Below, one piece after another: positions 40,592 through 50,808 of a DNA stretch of 64,000 nucleotides. The notes beneath the pieces were generated by a model. The model was given only the letters and a program-made list of their open reading frames with translations. It was not told the origin of the DNA and ran no database searches. Source of the DNA: Nitrososphaeria archaeon (GTDB lineage: Archaea > Thermoproteota > Nitrososphaeria > JACIWG01); the NCBI GenBank assembly GCA_050011875.1, contig JBEKIG010000009.1, forward strand, positions 24,772 through 88,771, given 5' to 3'. Numbering within the stretch: position 1 is the first letter of the stretch; the number at the start of each line of letters is the position of its first letter. The position numbers and the translations under genes are program-made.

Positions 40592-41479
40592 ATGTCAACA
40601 GCCGAAATTGCTGCCAACTTTCTTAAATCTCTTGAAGACACAGATTTCAAGATACTCTACGCACTTGAAAATATGCTTGATTCACATCAGCAGGCAAAAG
40701 TAGACATCTTAGTAAAGAATACAGGACTACATGGGGAGGAAGTAAAATATAGACTTTCAAGACTACAAAAAATGGAGATGATAACAAAAGGCGAATCAGG
40801 ATACAAGTTGATTTCAACTGGACTAGATGCCATAGCCCTAAAAGCTTTCGTGAAAAAGGGACTAATATCTGCTTTAGGTGGCAACGTAGGTGTAGGAAAG
40901 GAAGCAGACGTATTCGAAACAACAGACGATAGGGGAAAAGAGTATGTGATAAAGTTCTATCGAATTGGAAGGACAAGTTTTAGGGAAGTTAAAAAGAAAA
41001 GACAGTTCATAGCAGACCGAGAAAGCGCCTCATGGCTAAAAGCGTGCATAAACGCCGCAGCAAAGGAAAGGTGGGCGCTAAGAAAAGTACTTTCGGTCGG
41101 AGGCACGGTACCTGAGGCAATTGCAAGAGAGAGACACGCAATATTAATGCAGAGGATCAATGGTACATTACTGACTAAACTAAAGACCATCGACAAACCC
41201 CTAGAAGCACTGAAGAGTATCCTGTACACAATCAAACTCGCATATGTTAATGCAGGAATCGTTAATGGAGACTTAAGTGAATACAATATACTCTATGACG
41301 GAAGAGCTTTCTACTTAATAGACTGGCCTCAGGCAATAGAAGCTTCAAGCCCCGGCAGCGAAAGACTTCTCACTCGAGATATTAAAAATATTTTAGTGTT
41401 TTTTAATAGAAAATATAATGTAAAATACCCATTTGACACAGCCTATAAATACATCATCAAAACCGAGGCGAGTGTCTAG
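40592..41479 (+). CDS. rio2: RIO2-type serine/threonine kinase
   Basis: N-terminal wHTH; GVGKEADV, KFYRIGRTSF, GDLSEYN, IDWPQ. Confidence 0.92.
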   Translation: MSTAEIAANFLKSLEDTDFKILYALENMLDSHQQAKVDILVKNTGLHGEEVKYRLSRLQKMEMITKGESGYKLISTGLDAIALKAFVKKGLISALGGNVGVGKEADVFETTDDRGKEYVIKFYRIGRTSFREVKKKRQFIADRESASWLKACINAAAKERWALRKVLSVGGTVPEAIARERHAILMQRINGTLLTKLKTIDKPLEALKSILYTIKLAYVNAGIVNGDLSEYNILYDGRAFYLIDWPQAIEASSPGSERLLTRDIKNILVFFNRKYNVKYPFDTAYKYIIKTEASV

Positions 41480-42681
41480 AACAGTTGAACCTTCCTTTCG
41501 CGTATTATTTTCGTTATTCCACGGATATCAGAGAGTTCGGCGGACAGTATGCTTTCAACTTCATCTTTAGCATCACGGAAGTGAGAACCTTCTTCCATCC
41601 TCAACCCTACACTTGCAACTATCGGTTCAGAAATAGGATTGCCTATCCTACTAAGTAATCTTACATAGACTTCACGTACGCCCTTAACTTCTTTAACTAT
41701 CTTTTCTGCCGTAATTTGAGCCAATACATTATATATCTTACCTGTATGTATAGTGGGATTTTTGCCTGCTGTAGCTTCCATAGAATACATCCTCATAGGG
41801 GAGATTAACCCTGTCACACGATTACCTCTACCGGTGTTGCCATCGTCCCCTGACTCCGCAGAAGTCCCGGTGACAGTAAGATAGAAGCTGTTGTTCTTAT
41901 AGTCGTCTGCATTATTAATCTTAATCGAAATGTTCAAAGGAGAGGTTGAAAACTTGTCAAGAAGCTTCTCCCGGACATCTGAAACTACGCTTATGTAATG
42001 ATCCTTGTCCGGAATGTACCTGTCAACCATAGCCATGGCAACGGTGACATCAAGATTTTTCTCTCTTCTCATCGACATTACTTTAATATCCTCGCCAACT
42101 TCAGGAAACTGTTTTTTGGTAGAGTCCAAGTTCAGATATTTTTCTATACCTAAAGTTATATTCTCCGTCTCCGAAAAGGGCGCGAAGCCGACTCCTATGG
42201 ACGTATCGTTCGCAATACCCTTCTCTGAAAGAAAAGTAAGATCTTTAGAAGGGTTCCTTATCTTGAAGCATATATCAACATCTTTGTCAACGTTCAAGTT
42301 CCGTATCGTACATTTGATGAAATCGACGATAGCTTTTCTAGCGATGTCTCCGACGGGAATCGAACTTTCTTTACCATTGAAAACATATCTGCTCACCGCC
42401 CTGCCAGCAACTATGATACAGATCGAACTGATAATTTTACCACCGCCAAACTTTGGTTGAGATTCACCACCGACCAGCAGGCCCTTATCCACGTTGTGGT
42501 GAAGAATCCTCCCAAAATTTTTTTCATAATAATCACAAAGGGCCAAAGATACAGACTCGCAACTGCCGTCAATCAAAGTATCCGGATGGCCTAAACCTTT
42601 CCGTTCGACGATTTCGACTTCTTGTTCGGAAACAGGTGTTCCTTTTAACTCTTCAGCATGTATGAACCGTTTAAGGGACAT
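41476..42681 (-). CDS. mat: Archaeal methionine adenosyltransferase
   Basis: EIVERKGLGHPD, HHNVDK, ANDTS.GVG, GEDIKVM, GTSAESGDDG..GRGNR, GKNP..HTGKIY. Confidence 0.97.
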   Translation of the reverse strand: MSLKRFIHAEELKGTPVSEQEVEIVERKGLGHPDTLIDGSCESVSLALCDYYEKNFGRILHHNVDKGLLVGGESQPKFGGGKIISSICIIVAGRAVSRYVFNGKESSIPVGDIARKAIVDFIKCTIRNLNVDKDVDICFKIRNPSKDLTFLSEKGIANDTSIGVGFAPFSETENITLGIEKYLNLDSTKKQFPEVGEDIKVMSMRREKNLDVTVAMAMVDRYIPDKDHYISVVSDVREKLLDKFSTSPLNISIKINNADDYKNNSFYLTVTGTSAESGDDGNTGRGNRVTGLISPMRMYSMEATAGKNPTIHTGKIYNVLAQITAEKIVKEVKGVREVYVRLLSRIGNPISEPIVASVGLRMEEGSHFRDAKDEVESILSAELSDIRGITKIIRERKVQLF

Positions 42682-42693
42682 ATCATAATCACC

Positions 42694-42945
42694 CTAAATA
42701 TTTGAACTATTCTTAATACCTACAAAAAGGACGTTATTTCCCCGTATAATAACAGTGCCATAATTCGCAACCTGCTTTCCTTCACTGAATTCTTTAGTTC
42801 CATCTAGTATCATATTCATATAGATGTCTACGTTAACCATTTTTCCGTGATATTCGATGTTGCTCTTCAAGCGTACAACGACATCTTTATCAAGCATCTT
42901 TTGAAGTATATTTAGTGGTTTTTTAGGCTGGATAGACATACTCAA
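42694..42945 (-). CDS. LSm/Sm-like protein
   Basis: KPL..L, V.LK, G....D.YMN..L, G..IIRGNNV (Sm1/Sm2 motifs). Confidence 0.94.
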   Translation of the reverse strand: MSMSIQPKKPLNILQKMLDKDVVVRLKSNIEYHGKMVNVDIYMNMILDGTKEFSEGKQVANYGTVIIRGNNVLFVGIKNSSNI

Positions 42946-43061
42946 ACATCATTATGATAACTACCTTTTAAACATTCAAATAAAAACGTTACCATCATTC
43001 ATCGCATAAGAGATGTGGGACAATTATGAAAGGAAGATCGTCCACGGATACATGCAAATAA

Positions 43062-43826
43062 TTAACGTGCGGCATTCAAATGTTCATCTAATGTTTCAAC
43101 ATAAGGTTTTAAAATAATGAGACGAGACAGCGCCTTAAAATCGAGTCTCTTAAACGCATAACCTTTCTTGTTTAAAAGGGAAGCTGCAGACCTTGTTATT
43201 GAGGGGGCACAAAGTATACCCCTAAATTTCCCCGGCTGATTTTTAATATATCTGTCAAGCTGCTTAACCGCATCGATGCCAGCAACGCACCTTTTCACCT
43301 CGATCAAAACGTAGTTTCCGCTCAAGTCTACTCCAGTGAAATCAGGAATACCTGACGGGATAGCCTTCTGCTTAGATACCAGCTTCAACCCCTTCTCAAT
43401 AAAGTCTGGATTAGAATAGAGAATTTTGTAGAAAGTTTTCTCAGTCGGACCCATCAAAAATTTAGCATCATCAACAGGCAAAGATGACATCAAAACATAC
43501 ACTTCTTCAAAGACCATCTTTAAAAACTCCTTTGGTTTCCTACGTTCTGATAGAACCATCATCGTATCATTTAGCAAACTACATTTTATTACACAGCCAC
43601 GAGGCTGCCAATTTACAGGTTCATGCCCATTACGCCTATGAACAATGACTGAGCCGTCTTCTTTGACTATTAGTAGACGTTCCCCAAATCCCAGATACGA
43701 AGAACTCCTGCCAATATATTCGACGCTAAAAAGGCCTAAACAGACAATAAATTTTTTTGCTCTCAGCGACTCTTCCATGGACCTTACCGCCTTCTCCAAT
43801 AAGGGATAAAAAACAATATTAACCAT
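43062..43826 (-). CDS. nucS: Endonuclease NucS (EndoMS)
   Basis: Y.GRSSS.L..GER..IVK.DGS..VH...EPVNWQP, PD..G, IEVKR, AVKQL.RY. Confidence 0.94.
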   Translation of the reverse strand: MVNIVFYPLLEKAVRSMEESLRAKKFIVCLGLFSVEYIGRSSSYLGFGERLLIVKEDGSVIVHRRNGHEPVNWQPRGCVIKCSLLNDTMMVLSERRKPKEFLKMVFEEVYVLMSSLPVDDAKFLMGPTEKTFYKILYSNPDFIEKGLKLVSKQKAIPSGIPDFTGVDLSGNYVLIEVKRCVAGIDAVKQLDRYIKNQPGKFRGILCAPSITRSAASLLNKKGYAFKRLDFKALSRLIILKPYVETLDEHLNAAR

Positions 43827-43875
43827 ATGACAAGGCTTATCCTATAATAGAAAATAAACATTAAGAAAGAGGGAG

Positions 43876-44253
43876 TTGTCTAAGTTGAGAGAATTGAAGA
43901 ACCTTGGATTTGCTGCATTGCTTTCTGCTATTTTTGGGTTGGTTGGACTATGGGGTTTCGGACATTTCTATGTTGGAAAAATGCTAAGAGAAATAGGCTG
44001 GTTAATCGCAGGAGTGCTTTTAATCATATCCTTGGTTTTACTATCTTTTTCGTTAGAATTATTAGTTGAATTCAGGTTCATATATCCTCCTTTCAGCAAT
44101 TTGACTCCAGCTTTTGGTTTTGGGTCTATTGTAATAGTCGCCCTACTCATAGCGCTTGAGATCATAGACTTCTATTGGCAAATTTTCGATGCATACAGTT
44201 TAGCTAAAAACTTCAATACTTCTTATCAAGAGAATAATGAAGCTCCTTGGTAA
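43876..44253 (+). CDS. Membrane protein (TM2-like)
   Basis: KN.G.AALLS...G..GFGHFYVG; C-terminal WQIFDAY..AK.FN. Confidence 0.7.
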   Translation: MSKLRELKNLGFAALLSAIFGLVGLWGFGHFYVGKMLREIGWLIAGVLLIISLVLLSFSLELLVEFRFIYPPFSNLTPAFGFGSIVIVALLIALEIIDFYWQIFDAYSLAKNFNTSYQENNEAPW

Positions 44254-44290
44254 GCTCCCTTCTTTTAAAGTTTTAAAATTCCAAACTTTT

Positions 44291-44674
44291 TTATTCTTCT
44301 TTCTTATAAGAACCTTCTTTCAAAAACTTTGCTAGTTGAGTAAATATAGGATTATTTTCGAATTTCTTTAACTTTATATGGCGAGAGCCACTTTTTTCCA
44401 CAATTACCTCAGGTTTATAATTTGGGTAAAGAGCAAATTCAACAGCAGCGTAATGTATTATTCCTTTCAACTTATCCTCTATGATTTCGGGAGTATCAGG
44501 AAAAGGAGAAATTGATAATATAACACCATCTACCCAATTTAATTGGGGAATATTATATTCTGAACCCCTTGATAAAATTGCTTGAACAACAGATGCAAAA
44601 AATTCTTCAGGTTTATATTCTATTATTTCGTGAATAACTAATTCTTTCCAATGTTGATAAGTTATCTTAATCAT
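44291..44674 (-). CDS. Hypothetical protein (AT-rich gene)
   Basis: Clean 127-aa ORF with TATA TTTATAA near 44705-44699; globular composition. Confidence 0.75.
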   Translation of the reverse strand: MIKITYQHWKELVIHEIIEYKPEEFFASVVQAILSRGSEYNIPQLNWVDGVILSISPFPDTPEIIEDKLKGIIHYAAVEFALYPNYKPEVIVEKSGSRHIKLKKFENNPIFTQLAKFLKEGSYKKEE

Positions 44675-44785
44675 ATTTTATAAAATTGTTTAACTTTCTT
44701 ATAAAGTTTTAAAATGCCTTCTAAGATGGAGATATGGCAATAAAATATTTAATTACACAAAAAAGATGAGAATTTTTTTTAACTT

Positions 44786-44980
44786 TTATATAAGATTTAA
44801 CTCCTTAGCACATGGGAGACAGTGATATTTTCTTGAACCACCTTTTGAGATAATTGTCTCACCTATGTTCAAACTTCTTTGGCATTTATAACATTTTAGG
44901 CCATATTTCTTTGCATAGTGACGATGTGAAAGCATCGATTTTGTTTTTACTGTTAATTTGAATTTTTTAGTTCCTGTCAT
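44786..44980 (-). CDS. Small basic Zn-finger protein
   Basis: CYKC-x20-CLPC. Confidence 0.6.
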   Translation of the reverse strand: MTGTKKFKLTVKTKSMLSHRHYAKKYGLKCYKCQRSLNIGETIISKGGSRKYHCLPCAKELNLI

Positions 44981-45169
44981 TTAGGTCATAGATTTCATGA
45001 ATGCTTTATCGCTGTATTTATACTTATAATGGTAGTGATATTTTTGTAGTTTTGCCATTACATTTTCTTTTTTTAGATCTAATTTTCATCACTAGATTTG
45101 GAGCCTTTTACTAGTAAAAGTTATAGTAAAAATAATAATATACTCTATAGAGCTAATCCCCTCTCGTGT

Positions 45170-45245
45170 GGGCTCGTGGCCAAGCACGGATCAAGGCATC
45201 AGCCTCCGAAGCTGGGGATCGTGGGTTCAAATCCCACCGGGCCCG
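45170..45245 (+). tRNA. tRNA-Arg(CCG), no intron, CCA not encoded
   Basis: Acceptor GGGCTCG/CGGGCCC plus G; anticodon arm TCAGC-CTCCGAA-GCTGG; T arm GTGGG-TTCAAAT-CCCAC. Confidence 0.96.
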
Positions 45246-45373
45246 TATAGAGTAAAACCTAAGAATTGTTAATATTAGTTAGGGGAGGTTGATAGTGGAA
45301 TATATACGGGGGCATCATATATTTTTTTCCTATTTCTTTTTCTTTTAAAGGCATCTTCGACGGATTTCTTTTA

Positions 45374-46523
45374 TCACTTGGTGACCGATCTTTGGAAGAG
45401 AGGTATAGCTATTGCAAACACAACTATGGTGAATATCAATAGTATGTAGACCTGTTGAGATATTGCAGAAAACGGAGCGTTAAGCACCATGACTGCCCTA
45501 AATGCTGATACCACATAGGTAAGTGGCAGAAAGTATGCAACGAGTCTAAGCCACCACGGTAATTGAATTAAAGGGTACAAGGTACCACTTAAAAACCATT
45601 GGAAACTGTATCATAAACATTATCAGCTGTGCCGATTCCTGTTCACTGACAAAGCTGGTCGCTAATGTTCCAAGACCAGTAAAAGATACCACACCCAACG
45701 ATAGCACTAACGCCATCAGTAAGACGTTACCGTATACATGTACTCCAAATAAAATTATTGAAAGGACAAATACAATGATACCGCTCATCATACCTCTCAC
45801 CACCTGGGCAAAGCCCTTCCCTAAGATAATGGATATGCGTGAAATAGGGGCCATAAGAAGTCCGTCTAGTGTTCCTAATTCCCTTTCCCTAGAGAAGGTC
45901 ATGGCCAAACCGGATAATCCGCCTATTATCAGTGATAAAGCTATCATGCCAGGGGCTAGAAACTCAAAGCTACTCGGCGCAGTCGGTAGGAGTCCTTGAA
46001 ATTGTATATTCAGAGACGGCGAAGTGTTCGGTATTTCGTTTGGGAATTCCGGTGCGAGCTCCGGAGATATAGAAGATATGACCTGCGTAATTTCACCTCT
46101 AACTACCTGATCCAAAGTAGGGTTTAACTGATCGAGTATAACTTGGACATCGGCTTGGCCATCTGTTTGAAGTTGTTGCCCCAAACCCTGATTAAATATA
46201 ACTACACCGTATACGTTACCTTCGATTAACTGGTTTTCCGCCAGTGAGATAGAAGTATAAGATATCCCGTTAAACAGTGCTGAAGATTGGGCGGCATATA
46301 TGAAGCTACCCGCTATGGCTACTCCCGTCGTGGATTGATCTTGATTTACTACTGCAATTGGGACATGATTTATTGAACCGCTTGAAGGAAACATATAACC
46401 GAAAAGCAACATAAGTATTATTGGTAGGAGGATCATAGTCACAAGCCTAGCTTTAATCCTATAGAATTCCGTGAGGTCCTTTCCCATAATTCGATAAATA
46501 TTATTAAATAGCTTAAACACCAA
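45374..46523 (-). pseudogene. ABC-2 type permease, frameshifted
   Basis: ORF 45546-46523 (RERELGTL..L..API) continues in another frame as ...LSGTLYPLIQLPWWL...PLTY; the break is at the A5 run 45591-45595. Confidence 0.8.
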
Positions 46524-46525
46524 AC

Positions 46526-47296
46526 CTACCAGCCCCTCCTTCTCAATCTTCTGGATATTGAATCCCTTAGCTCCCTTCCCGTTAGAGTAAGGAAAAGCTC
46601 CTCTATGTTCTTAACGTTATACTTAGCCTTTAATTCTTGGCTCTTTCCGATTGCCAACACCCCCCCTCTATCCATGATTGCGAGTTCTTCAGCCAACTCC
46701 TCTGCTTCTTGCATATCGTGTGTGGTGATTAATACGGTTAACCCCCTATTTTTCAGATCCTTGATATAATCCCTAACCCATCTTACACTCTGCGGGTCCA
46801 AACCGTTAGTGGGTTCGTCCAATATCACTATTTTTGGGTCATGAATAAGAGCCCTAACTATGTTAACTCTCTGCCTCATCCCAGTTGAAAACGTTCCAAC
46901 AGGTATGTCCTTTACACTCGATAGCTTCACATCTTCCAGTAGCACATTTACTTTTTCCTTTAATATGCTGGAATCCACACCATATAGTTGGCCAAAGAAC
47001 TCCAAATTCTCCTTAGCGGTCAAGACTGAATATAGCAACAGCTTCTCCTGAACAACCTCTATTATCTTCCTGACTTCATTTGTCTGCTTTTCAATATCGT
47101 ATCCTTCGACAAATGCTTTGCCAGATGTCGGTCGCAATAAAGTACAGAGCATGCGCAGAAGTGTGCTTTTACCAGCGCCGTTTGGGCCAAGAAGCCCGAA
47201 TACTGAACCTCTCTTCACCGATATGGAAACGTTGTTTACAGCTAGTAAGCCCTTAAATGATTTCGTGAGACCTTGCGTATTTATGCTATAGCTCAT
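46526..47296 (-). CDS. ABC transporter ATP-binding protein (DrrA-like)
   Basis: GPNGAGKST, FSTGMRQR, ILDEPTNGLD, TTH. Confidence 0.95.
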   Translation of the reverse strand: MSYSINTQGLTKSFKGLLAVNNVSISVKRGSVFGLLGPNGAGKSTLLRMLCTLLRPTSGKAFVEGYDIEKQTNEVRKIIEVVQEKLLLYSVLTAKENLEFFGQLYGVDSSILKEKVNVLLEDVKLSSVKDIPVGTFSTGMRQRVNIVRALIHDPKIVILDEPTNGLDPQSVRWVRDYIKDLKNRGLTVLITTHDMQEAEELAEELAIMDRGGVLAIGKSQELKAKYNVKNIEELFLTLTGRELRDSISRRLRRRGW

Positions 47297-48867
47297 TTCC
47301 TACGCCTTAGCACTATTATAATGAGGACGATAACTATGACAGCTAACACGACGATGTATAGTAGGGTTATTCCAGACAAATTATTTATCAGTTCACTGTA
47401 TAGATTCTGATGCACTTGTAACACAATAGGTATTTCCTGCGAGAACTGTTTTCCAGGAGCGTTATCCTGTAACCATGTAATTTTAAGAGTGCTTAAATAA
47501 TTACCAGAGGTCACGCTTGAAGATATATCTAGTGTAAAGGTTGCTATATTCGAAGTATGCGAATCCAAATCACCCAAATAAGTAAACGTAGTACCAGAAA
47601 GTTCGTTGGGCAACAGTAGCTGAGCCTCAGCGAATTCCGCGGTTGTATTTCCTAGGTTGGTTATAGATAGCGATATTTGAGCGTTGGATGATCCCTGTTC
47701 AAGTAAAGGCATATTATTAGCGGATTCTGTAAAATTGGATATGCTGCTTATCTTCAAAGGTATATAATAAGTGAATTTGTGGCTTCCATAAATGATATTC
47801 AGTGGAAATTCAAAATCCTTTGGCGACGACATCGAACTGGGCACGTTAAAGAAAAAATTCACAAGCACTGGCCCAAGTGGTGGCATTTCCCCTATAGTCA
47901 TTTGGTTGGATCCATAGTATGATGGTGATAATGGCGATGGTACCGATAATTCTGCCAGAACGTTGTCCGCGGTCGAATTACCTGAGTTTACCAGATATAC
48001 ACTAAGACTGACATCGTCATCGCCAAGGAACACGTTACCCTGTTGGACTGCATAGCTCTGCACCACTATGTTTGGTGATTCAATCACAGAGACGTAAATA
48101 GTCTGATCTATAACTATTCCATCATTATAATTTAGTGTAACATTCAAAGGATACTCCCCAGTAGAGATATTAGAATCCACACTCAGTGTAAACAGAGCTG
48201 GAACTATGCTACCTGCTGGAATAACACCCAATTGGGTTGTTTCCGCTGTCTGAAAATTAGTCGCATAGTATTGGAAAGGCTTGGAAATATGTATCGTAAC
48301 ACTAGCATTGTAAGCGTCATTATCACCCGCATTCTTGACGTTCAAAACCAGGGGAGCATAGTCAGTACCCGGACTGACCGAAATGGGACTTGAAGGAGAA
48401 CCCCAAAAAACATTCTGAACGGTCAAATTGGCGAATGTAGTTACAGGAACGTAGACTGTCTGATTGGAGTTACCTTGATAATATTTCAGAGTAACATTTA
48501 TTGGATAAACGCCAACGGAACTGTTTGACGCTATATTAAGGTAGAACGTTGATGGCAGGGTCACTGTTGGAGGCAGTTCGCTTATATTATTCGAAATGTC
48601 GTTAGAACCTAAAGATGATGAAAAGGGATCAGCTAAATTAAGGGTTATTGAGAGGTTTAATACAGAAGTTACGCCGAAATTTGTCAGATATAAGGTAAAT
48701 GGATCATTCGAAGTACCTGGCTCAACTGCAATGGGCGATTGCTGCGACCCCCAAGTAGACCCAATTATAGAAACGGAAAACAACAAGTTAGGTGAGTAGG
48801 CCATTCCTTGAGGGAAGATCTAAAAAATTAGCAAAGAGATTAATACTAATAACCTTAAATTACGCAT
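47293..48867 (-). pseudogene. COG1361-like S-layer/Ig-fold membrane-anchored protein with in-frame TAG in its signal peptide
   Basis: Repeated L.L.N.G...A.N / G.YP.NVTL.Y beta domains and C-terminal TM plus RRRK. Upstream in frame: MRNLRLLVLISLLIF*IFPQG-MAYS, with TAG at 48820-48822. Intact downstream ORF is 47293-48804. Confidence 0.75.
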
Positions 48868-49370
48868 ATTGGTTCACTTTTTTAATGCCGTAAAGGTACT
48901 TGAGGCAGATATATATTATTTTTAATTTATTTAGTTTAGCTTATGAATAATGTAATTGAATTTGAGTTGAGTTCTTTTCTAAAGCGGATCTCTTTAAATC
49001 CACTCGCGCTTTTAGTTCGATCTTTTTATCGTAATCCTAAAGTCACCAAATATACGAGGTTTATATTAGCCCTATCAGAGTATCTATTATTGTGCACGAT
49101 CCTAAATTCATCCCAAAGGTGCTTATGGGGGATCGCTTGGATAGCGTTCTATTTTCTTGCTATATTTGTGGTATAGCAATAAGGTGACATTTCCTGCAAA
49201 ATAGGAAAATCGCCACCTACGCCTAATGTGATATAATACTTGTACATGTTCTTGAAGGTGTATTCATCGGATTTATCCCTTGCTAACATAGACACCATAG
49301 AACCTTCTTAAGATTAAGGTATCTGAACCTAATTAGGGTCAGAAACCCCCGGGCCCGTTATATTTGATGT

Positions 49371-49619
49371 TCATTCTGATTTCTCGGAGAGATGGACTTC
49401 AAAGAATGGCATTTTTGATGCGAACAAAGGTTTCCTCTTAAGATGAACGGCAAAAACATCGTCCACGATCATGTCTGCATACCTACAGATAATCGCTTCA
49501 ACGGCTTTTGGTGGCTTGCTGGACTCTGTTGCGTGTACGCTTATCACGTTAACGACTTTCAGAGGTAGGCCCACGTTTAGGGCTTCGCGTGCACTGATGA
49601 AAGCATGAAAGTCTTGCAC
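49371..49619 (-). pseudogene. Possible C-terminal remnant of an HD/HDIG-domain protein
   Basis: H..ISA..A...GLP..V..VI..H......P..VEAII..YAD resembles the HD-domain C-terminal half; N-terminal HD motif absent. Confidence 0.4.
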
Positions 49620-49683
49620 GCTTGAAATGACTTCGATAGCAAGACTTATCTTTGAGACAGACTAAAAATAAAAAGAAGCCAGT

Positions 49684-50604
49684 TTGAAAATCGAGCAAAA
49701 GCACAGGAAAAGAGAAAAAACATTCGATGTCATCATTGTCGGCAATCTTTCTGTTGACAAGAACATTTGGCCTAAAGGTCAAATTGAAAATGCGCTAGGA
49801 GGAGCACCGACTTATTCAGGAAGCACATTTATCAGTTTAGGAAGAAAGACTGGCATTTTCTCAACTGTAGGAAGAGACCGTTTTTCAGAAGTGCTACGCT
49901 TCTGTCGATCCAAGAACATTGATACGGCGGGTTTACTTGTTTCCAAACAGGAGACGATGATTTTCCAGAATTCATATAATCAAGATGGAACCAGAAAACA
50001 AAAATGTTTTAACAAGGCACATGAACTCTTTGTCAAAGACATACCTAAAAACTACATGGATAGTGAAGCCTTCTATGTTTCACCACTAGCGGGAGAGGTC
50101 GATGAGGAGCTCCTTAAAGGACTTAAAAGAAAAGGAAGTATTCTGATGCTGGACCCTCAAGGTTTAATGAGAATTATAGGCAAAAAGGGAGATGTAGATA
50201 TCGTTCTTGATAAAAATATGTTGGAGAGAATTTTCAGGTTAGTCGATATCGTTAAGATCGGCAAGGACGAATTCAATGCCTTTGATATGGATGAGAACGA
50301 GATCTTTGATATGCTCGAAAAAACAGGAGTGGGAATTGCCATCATAACTAAAGGTAAAGAACCTGTAACGATATCACATAGGGGGATATTATTCGAAATA
50401 CGAACATTAAATGTTGAAGTTGAAGACCCAACTGGGGCAGGTGATGTTTTTGGCGCAGCCTTTCTATCAGAATATATGACTGGATTTGATGTTAAAGAAG
50501 CTGCAAAATTTGCAGCTACCGCAGCAGGTCTAAAGATAAAGTATAAAGGCCCAAGTGGATTTCCATCAAAAGAAGATATCATAAAACATCTTACCCTAAA
50601 TTAA
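49684..50604 (+). CDS. PfkB-family carbohydrate kinase
   Basis: GN.SVD, LGGAPTY, LDPQG, ITKG, DPTGAGDVFGAAF. Confidence 0.93.
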   Translation: MKIEQKHRKREKTFDVIIVGNLSVDKNIWPKGQIENALGGAPTYSGSTFISLGRKTGIFSTVGRDRFSEVLRFCRSKNIDTAGLLVSKQETMIFQNSYNQDGTRKQKCFNKAHELFVKDIPKNYMDSEAFYVSPLAGEVDEELLKGLKRKGSILMLDPQGLMRIIGKKGDVDIVLDKNMLERIFRLVDIVKIGKDEFNAFDMDENEIFDMLEKTGVGIAIITKGKEPVTISHRGILFEIRTLNVEVEDPTGAGDVFGAAFLSEYMTGFDVKEAAKFAATAAGLKIKYKGPSGFPSKEDIIKHLTLN

Positions 50605-50808
50605 ACGAAAAAATCAACAGCGGATAGTTTTCAAGGCGACTATAAACATCGTTTCACTTATCTATTTATTATCAGATAATCTCTAATAACAACACCATTC
50701 TCAACGAGGTACTAAAAGATCAGTAGACCAAAAACCATTGACCGAAAAGATGTAAAAACATTTAAAAGAAAAGTTAAATAAATTATCTTCTAGATACTAT
50801 AAATCACC

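Larger units (their letters stand above)
45246..49358. mobile_element. Putative relic island integrated at the tRNA-Arg 3' end
   Basis: tRNA 3' end GGGTTCAAATCCCACCGGGCCCGT recurs degenerately as GGGTCAGAAACCCCCGGGCCCGT (CCGGGCCCGT exact at 45237-45246 and 49349-49358); no integrase seen. Confidence 0.45.

Noticed and set aside
48820-48822. Pyrrolysine or amber recoding
   Set aside because: TAG is an ordinary stop for many genes in the window, there are no pyl genes, and the same operon has a second lesion
48943-49176. 77-aa hydrophobic ORF
   Set aside because: No recognisable motif, in AT-rich decayed DNA; insufficient support
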